In this document: in pieces, positions 60,792 to 64,000 of the stretch | Layout of the letters: every line of letters starts with the position of its first letter | Position numbering within the stretch: the first letter of the stretch is position 1 | Assembly (NCBI GenBank): GCA_020184695.1 | Contig: JAANOX010000186.1 | Coordinates: forward strand, 16,645-80,644 | DNA length: 64,000 nucleotides | Direction: 5' to 3' | DNA from: Histomonas meleagridis 2922-C6/04-290x | Taxonomy: Eukaryota > Protista > Parabasalia | Position numbers and translations under genes: made by a program | The notes under the pieces: generated by a model | What the model was told of the DNA's origin: nothing | What the model saw: only the letters and a program-made list of their open reading frames with translations | Databases searched by the model: none

Positions 60792-62153
60792 ATGAACTAT
60801 AAAAAAAAAGAAAATATACGCAAAAGTAAATTTATGGATATAAGATCAGATTACTTCAATGGAAAAAAGAGGATTGATTCGGAAGAAAGTGATTTTGTTT
60901 TCGATGAAAATCAGATTATTTCTTCAATTGTAAACATTGAATCTGATATTCCTGAAGTAAAACTGATAGCAATGGAAACACTCAAAACAGCTGTTCAATC
61001 AAATGCTTCTTTTTTGACATTAGAATTAATAAATTCAATAATAAACGCTATACCAAACGAAATTACACTTCAAAAGAGTATGGAGCTTCTTGGAATGATA
61101 TCGTATTACACAAGTGATTTTAGTCAATATCTTATTGAAAGTAATTTTGTTGATATTGTTTCATCCTGTTTTCTTCAATTTGATCAAAAAAGTCGATCCA
61201 ACTTTTATTTAATAATGGGTAATGTTCTACGTGACGAATCTAAAATAGAAATTGAAAAGATCAATCTTTTGCCTCTAATTTTTCAGGTATCAGAAATGGA
61301 AACAAATAACAACTACTATCGACTTGTAAGTACTATTTTGCTAAACCACATTGTGTCAAATCAGAATTTTATTTCATTAATCAATATTCTTTTTAATCCA
61401 ATCAAAAAGCAGGAACAAAGGGTAAAAACGATTCGTTGGTGCTTGTTCGGGATTAAAAATTCAATTATTGATTATGGATCACAAGTTGTAAGCATACTTT
61501 TGCAAACCGATTTTTTCTTTTTTTTACTTCCTTATCTTCAAACCGAGGTTAAAACGGTAATGATTGAAACAATGGAACTAATAGTTACTATTTTTGATGC
61601 ATCAAATGACACATATGCCATGACAAACAACGAATTTTGTCAATCATTTATTAATTTAATGAAAACAATTGCAGATGAGCAAATTCTTGCCCAGGCTGCT
61701 CTTGTTTTAACTCGTTATGTAGCATATTGTGGATTAAATGAGATAGAGATAAACCTTTTTTTAGAAGTTAATTTTGTTGGAATGTTTGCTAACGGTTTCT
61801 TTGAATTAAAGAAAAATCTTATTGGACTTATACAACAAGTTCTTCCATATTTCCCAGATGATTATCCAGCTAAAGTTTTTCCACAAGAATTTTTGTTTGA
61901 TGTTTGTGAATTTGCTTTTTGCGAAGATATACTTGCTAGAATATCATTTTATAAATTTTTCGGTTCACTATATAATAGATATAAAGGACAAGAATATATT
62001 AAATGCTTAGATGAAGTTTTATATAGTGAACTCGTAAATAAACAAATTAATGAGGACGCATTGGATCCTGAGAATAGTGTTTCAGAAAATGCAAATATGC
62101 TATTAACTTTATTAAGCGAGGAAACCGACCAAGAAAAATCAGAAGAACCTTGA
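60792..62153 (+). CDS. Hypothetical ARM/HEAT-like helical-repeat protein (importin-alpha-like lineage family)
   Basis: 453-aa intact ORF. ARM-like segments LQKSMELLGMIS, FYLIMGNVLRD, WCLFGIKN, LAQAALVLTRYV. Confidence 0.55.
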   Translation: MNYKKKENIRKSKFMDIRSDYFNGKKRIDSEESDFVFDENQIISSIVNIESDIPEVKLIAMETLKTAVQSNASFLTLELINSIINAIPNEITLQKSMELLGMISYYTSDFSQYLIESNFVDIVSSCFLQFDQKSRSNFYLIMGNVLRDESKIEIEKINLLPLIFQVSEMETNNNYYRLVSTILLNHIVSNQNFISLINILFNPIKKQEQRVKTIRWCLFGIKNSIIDYGSQVVSILLQTDFFFFLLPYLQTEVKTVMIETMELIVTIFDASNDTYAMTNNEFCQSFINLMKTIADEQILAQAALVLTRYVAYCGLNEIEINLFLEVNFVGMFANGFFELKKNLIGLIQQVLPYFPDDYPAKVFPQEFLFDVCEFAFCEDILARISFYKFFGSLYNRYKGQEYIKCLDEVLYSELVNKQINEDALDPENSVSENANMLLTLLSEETDQEKSEEP

Positions 62154-62615
62154 TAATATTAAATAAATTGTAAAAAAAATGTTTTACTTTTGTATTTTTA
62201 AAGAAGTTTATTTGGAGAATCCATATTACATAAAGTGAAATTTTGTTGCTTCATCTGCGGTGGCATAATTTCCTTTTTGAAAAAGAAAGATTCTTTAGTT
62301 TACATATATTGAAATTACGATAGAAAACCGTTATAGACTTTGCCTAAAACAGAATTACACGATTATTCATAATCATATATCAAATGTTTAATGAAGAATA
62401 TAACATGAAATGAATGTTAACTTGAAAGTAAGCAAAAGCACAAATGAAAATCATGAATATGAAATACCATTTATCATTTTAGGTACCCCCTTAAAATTAG
62501 TGAAGGAATTGAATTACCGTCAATTTGCTTTTGACTGTGCGATGACGGTTTTAGAACTTTTTAATCAATAGTTTTGTGAGAGATCATTTTTTGAATACCT
62601 CATCTTTGATCTGAA

Positions 62616-63995
62616 ATGTCATCCAGCGGCGAAAGGGATGTCGTTCCAAAGGACGAAGAGAACAAACTCGACCAGAAGAAATCCAAAAAATTCGGAAAGA
62701 AAGGAAGGTCACTCTCTGGGAAAAAAAAATCAAATAAAAAAAATCAGAAGGAACCAATTAACGATGAAAAAAAAGAAACTTTCCCAATAAATGAACAAGA
62801 AAAGCAAGACAACGAAGAAAAGAATGAAAATATATCTATTGATAATTCAAATGTAAATAATGACCAACAAAATATTCAAGAAAATGAAAGTAATAACCCA
62901 AACGAACAAAAGGGGAAAGAAGGAAAAAGAAGAAAGAAATCTAAAAAACAAAAGAAAGGAAAAAATGATAATGCACTTTTAGAGCAAAATGCTGAAACAC
63001 CTAATACAGAGGAAGTAAAACAAAACGAAAACATGCCAAATGATAGTACAGATAAATTGGAACAAGAAAACACCAATGTTGTACAAGAAGAAGAAAATAT
63101 ACCAAATGAAGAAAATACTAGCGTTGCTGAAGGAGAAAAAGGAAAGAAGAAGAAAGGCAGGAAACATAGAAAAGGAAAGAAAGTCGAAAACAATGAACAA
63201 CCAAATATCGAAGGAAACACAGAAACAACAAATGGCACTAATGAAGAGAATAAAGAAAATGTCTCAAATGAGGAAAATAAAGAAAATGTACCAAATAAGG
63301 AAAGTAAAGAAAATGCCAGTGTCGTAGAAGAAGATAAAGGGAAGAAGAAGAAAGGCAGGAAACACAAGAAAGGAAAGAAAGATGATGAAAATGCTGAAAC
63401 TCCAAATATTGACGGAAATACAGAAACACCAAATGTTGTTGAAGAGAACGCTGAAACTCCGAATGTTGATGGAGAAAACAAAGAAAATGTACCAAATGAA
63501 GAAAATGTCAGTGTTGCAGAAGAAGATAAAGGGAAGAAGAAGAAAGGCAGGAAACACAAGAAGGGAAAGAAAGGCGACGAAAATGCTGAAACACCAAATG
63601 TTGATGGAAATGCTGAAACACCAAATGTTGTTGAAGAGAACGCTGAAACTCCGAATGTTGATGGAGAAAATAAAGAAAATGTACCAAATGAAGAAAATAC
63701 AAGTGTTGCAGAAGAAAACAAAGGAAAGAAGAAGAAAGGCAGGAAACACAAGAAGGGAAAGAAAGATGATGAAAATGCTGAAACACCAAATGTTGACGTA
63801 AACACAGAAACACCCAATGTTGATGAAGAAAACAAAGAAAATGTACCAAATGAGGAAAGTAAAGAAAATGCCAGTGTCGTAGAAGAAGATAAAGGAAAGA
63901 AGAAGAAAGGCAGGAAACACAAGAAAGGAAAGAAAGATGATGAAAATGCTGAAACTCCAAATATTGACGGAAATAAGTACGTAACTGAACGCTAA
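62616..63995 (+). CDS. Low-complexity protein with repeated basic blocks (KGKKKKGRKHKKGKK) and acidic ENAETPNV spacers
   Basis: Five near-identical basic blocks plus one degenerate copy. Two repeat units are 64 aa (192 nt; starts 63327 and 63519). The C-terminus may continue past the window. Confidence 0.75.
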   Translation: MSSSGERDVVPKDEENKLDQKKSKKFGKKGRSLSGKKKSNKKNQKEPINDEKKETFPINEQEKQDNEEKNENISIDNSNVNNDQQNIQENESNNPNEQKGKEGKRRKKSKKQKKGKNDNALLEQNAETPNTEEVKQNENMPNDSTDKLEQENTNVVQEEENIPNEENTSVAEGEKGKKKKGRKHRKGKKVENNEQPNIEGNTETTNGTNEENKENVSNEENKENVPNKESKENASVVEEDKGKKKKGRKHKKGKKDDENAETPNIDGNTETPNVVEENAETPNVDGENKENVPNEENVSVAEEDKGKKKKGRKHKKGKKGDENAETPNVDGNAETPNVVEENAETPNVDGENKENVPNEENTSVAEENKGKKKKGRKHKKGKKDDENAETPNVDVNTETPNVDEENKENVPNEESKENASVVEEDKGKKKKGRKHKKGKKDDENAETPNIDGNKYVTER

Positions 63996-64000
63996 TACCG

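Noticed and set aside
62876-63960. Long antisense and alternate-frame ORFs (348, 218, 150 aa) rich in Phe/Ser/Leu
   Set aside because: They are shadows of the purine-rich repeat gene. The same applies to the ORFs overlapping CFAP45, GDH, enolase and the hydrolase.
1-64000. tRNA, rRNA, transposase/Maverick or retroelement sequences
   Set aside because: I found no cloverleaf or T-loop signature in a non-coding context, no long GC-rich RNA-like tract, and no ORF with integrase, transposase, RT or polB motifs. A covariance or HMM scan would be needed to exclude small or degenerate ones.

Overview
AT-rich eukaryotic genomic DNA from a parabasalid protist (Trichomonas/Tritrichomonas/Histomonas lineage). 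This is inferred from a DUF3447-ankyrin gene, BspA LRR genes, a transmembrane adenylyl-cyclase-like gene, a parabasalid-type enolase, TCA(T/C)TT initiator motifs and long intron-free genes. About 24 protein loci are present: ATR, GDH, enolase, kinases, USP7-like, CFAP45, axonemal dynein heavy chain, OST48, CC2D1-like, EB1, a glycoside hydrolase, 14-3-3, NDP-glucose 4,6-dehydratase, USE1-like SNARE, Rab, ARM proteins and a charged repeat protein. I recognised no rRNA, tRNA, CRISPR or transposon. Main result: a minus-strand DUF3447-ankyrin gene (20532->17504). Its ankyrin repeats lie on regular 102-nt (34-aa) coding cassettes separated, always at the same codon boundary in the beta-hairpin loop, by 12 AT-rich spacers. 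Eight spacers are exactly 68 nt. They lack GT-AG/AT-AC ends, break the frame or carry stops, and share a TTTGGAAA-like motif ending a fixed distance from the 3' junction. This suggests an undescribed non-canonical splicing, ribosomal-bypass or cassette-assembly system; no mechanism can be proven from sequence alone. Other points: two Bacteroidetes-like genes (GDH, GHL10 hydrolase), a cyclase with a degenerate catalytic site, GC-rich 3' ends on long genes, and several single-base frame disruptions, some of which may be assembly errors.
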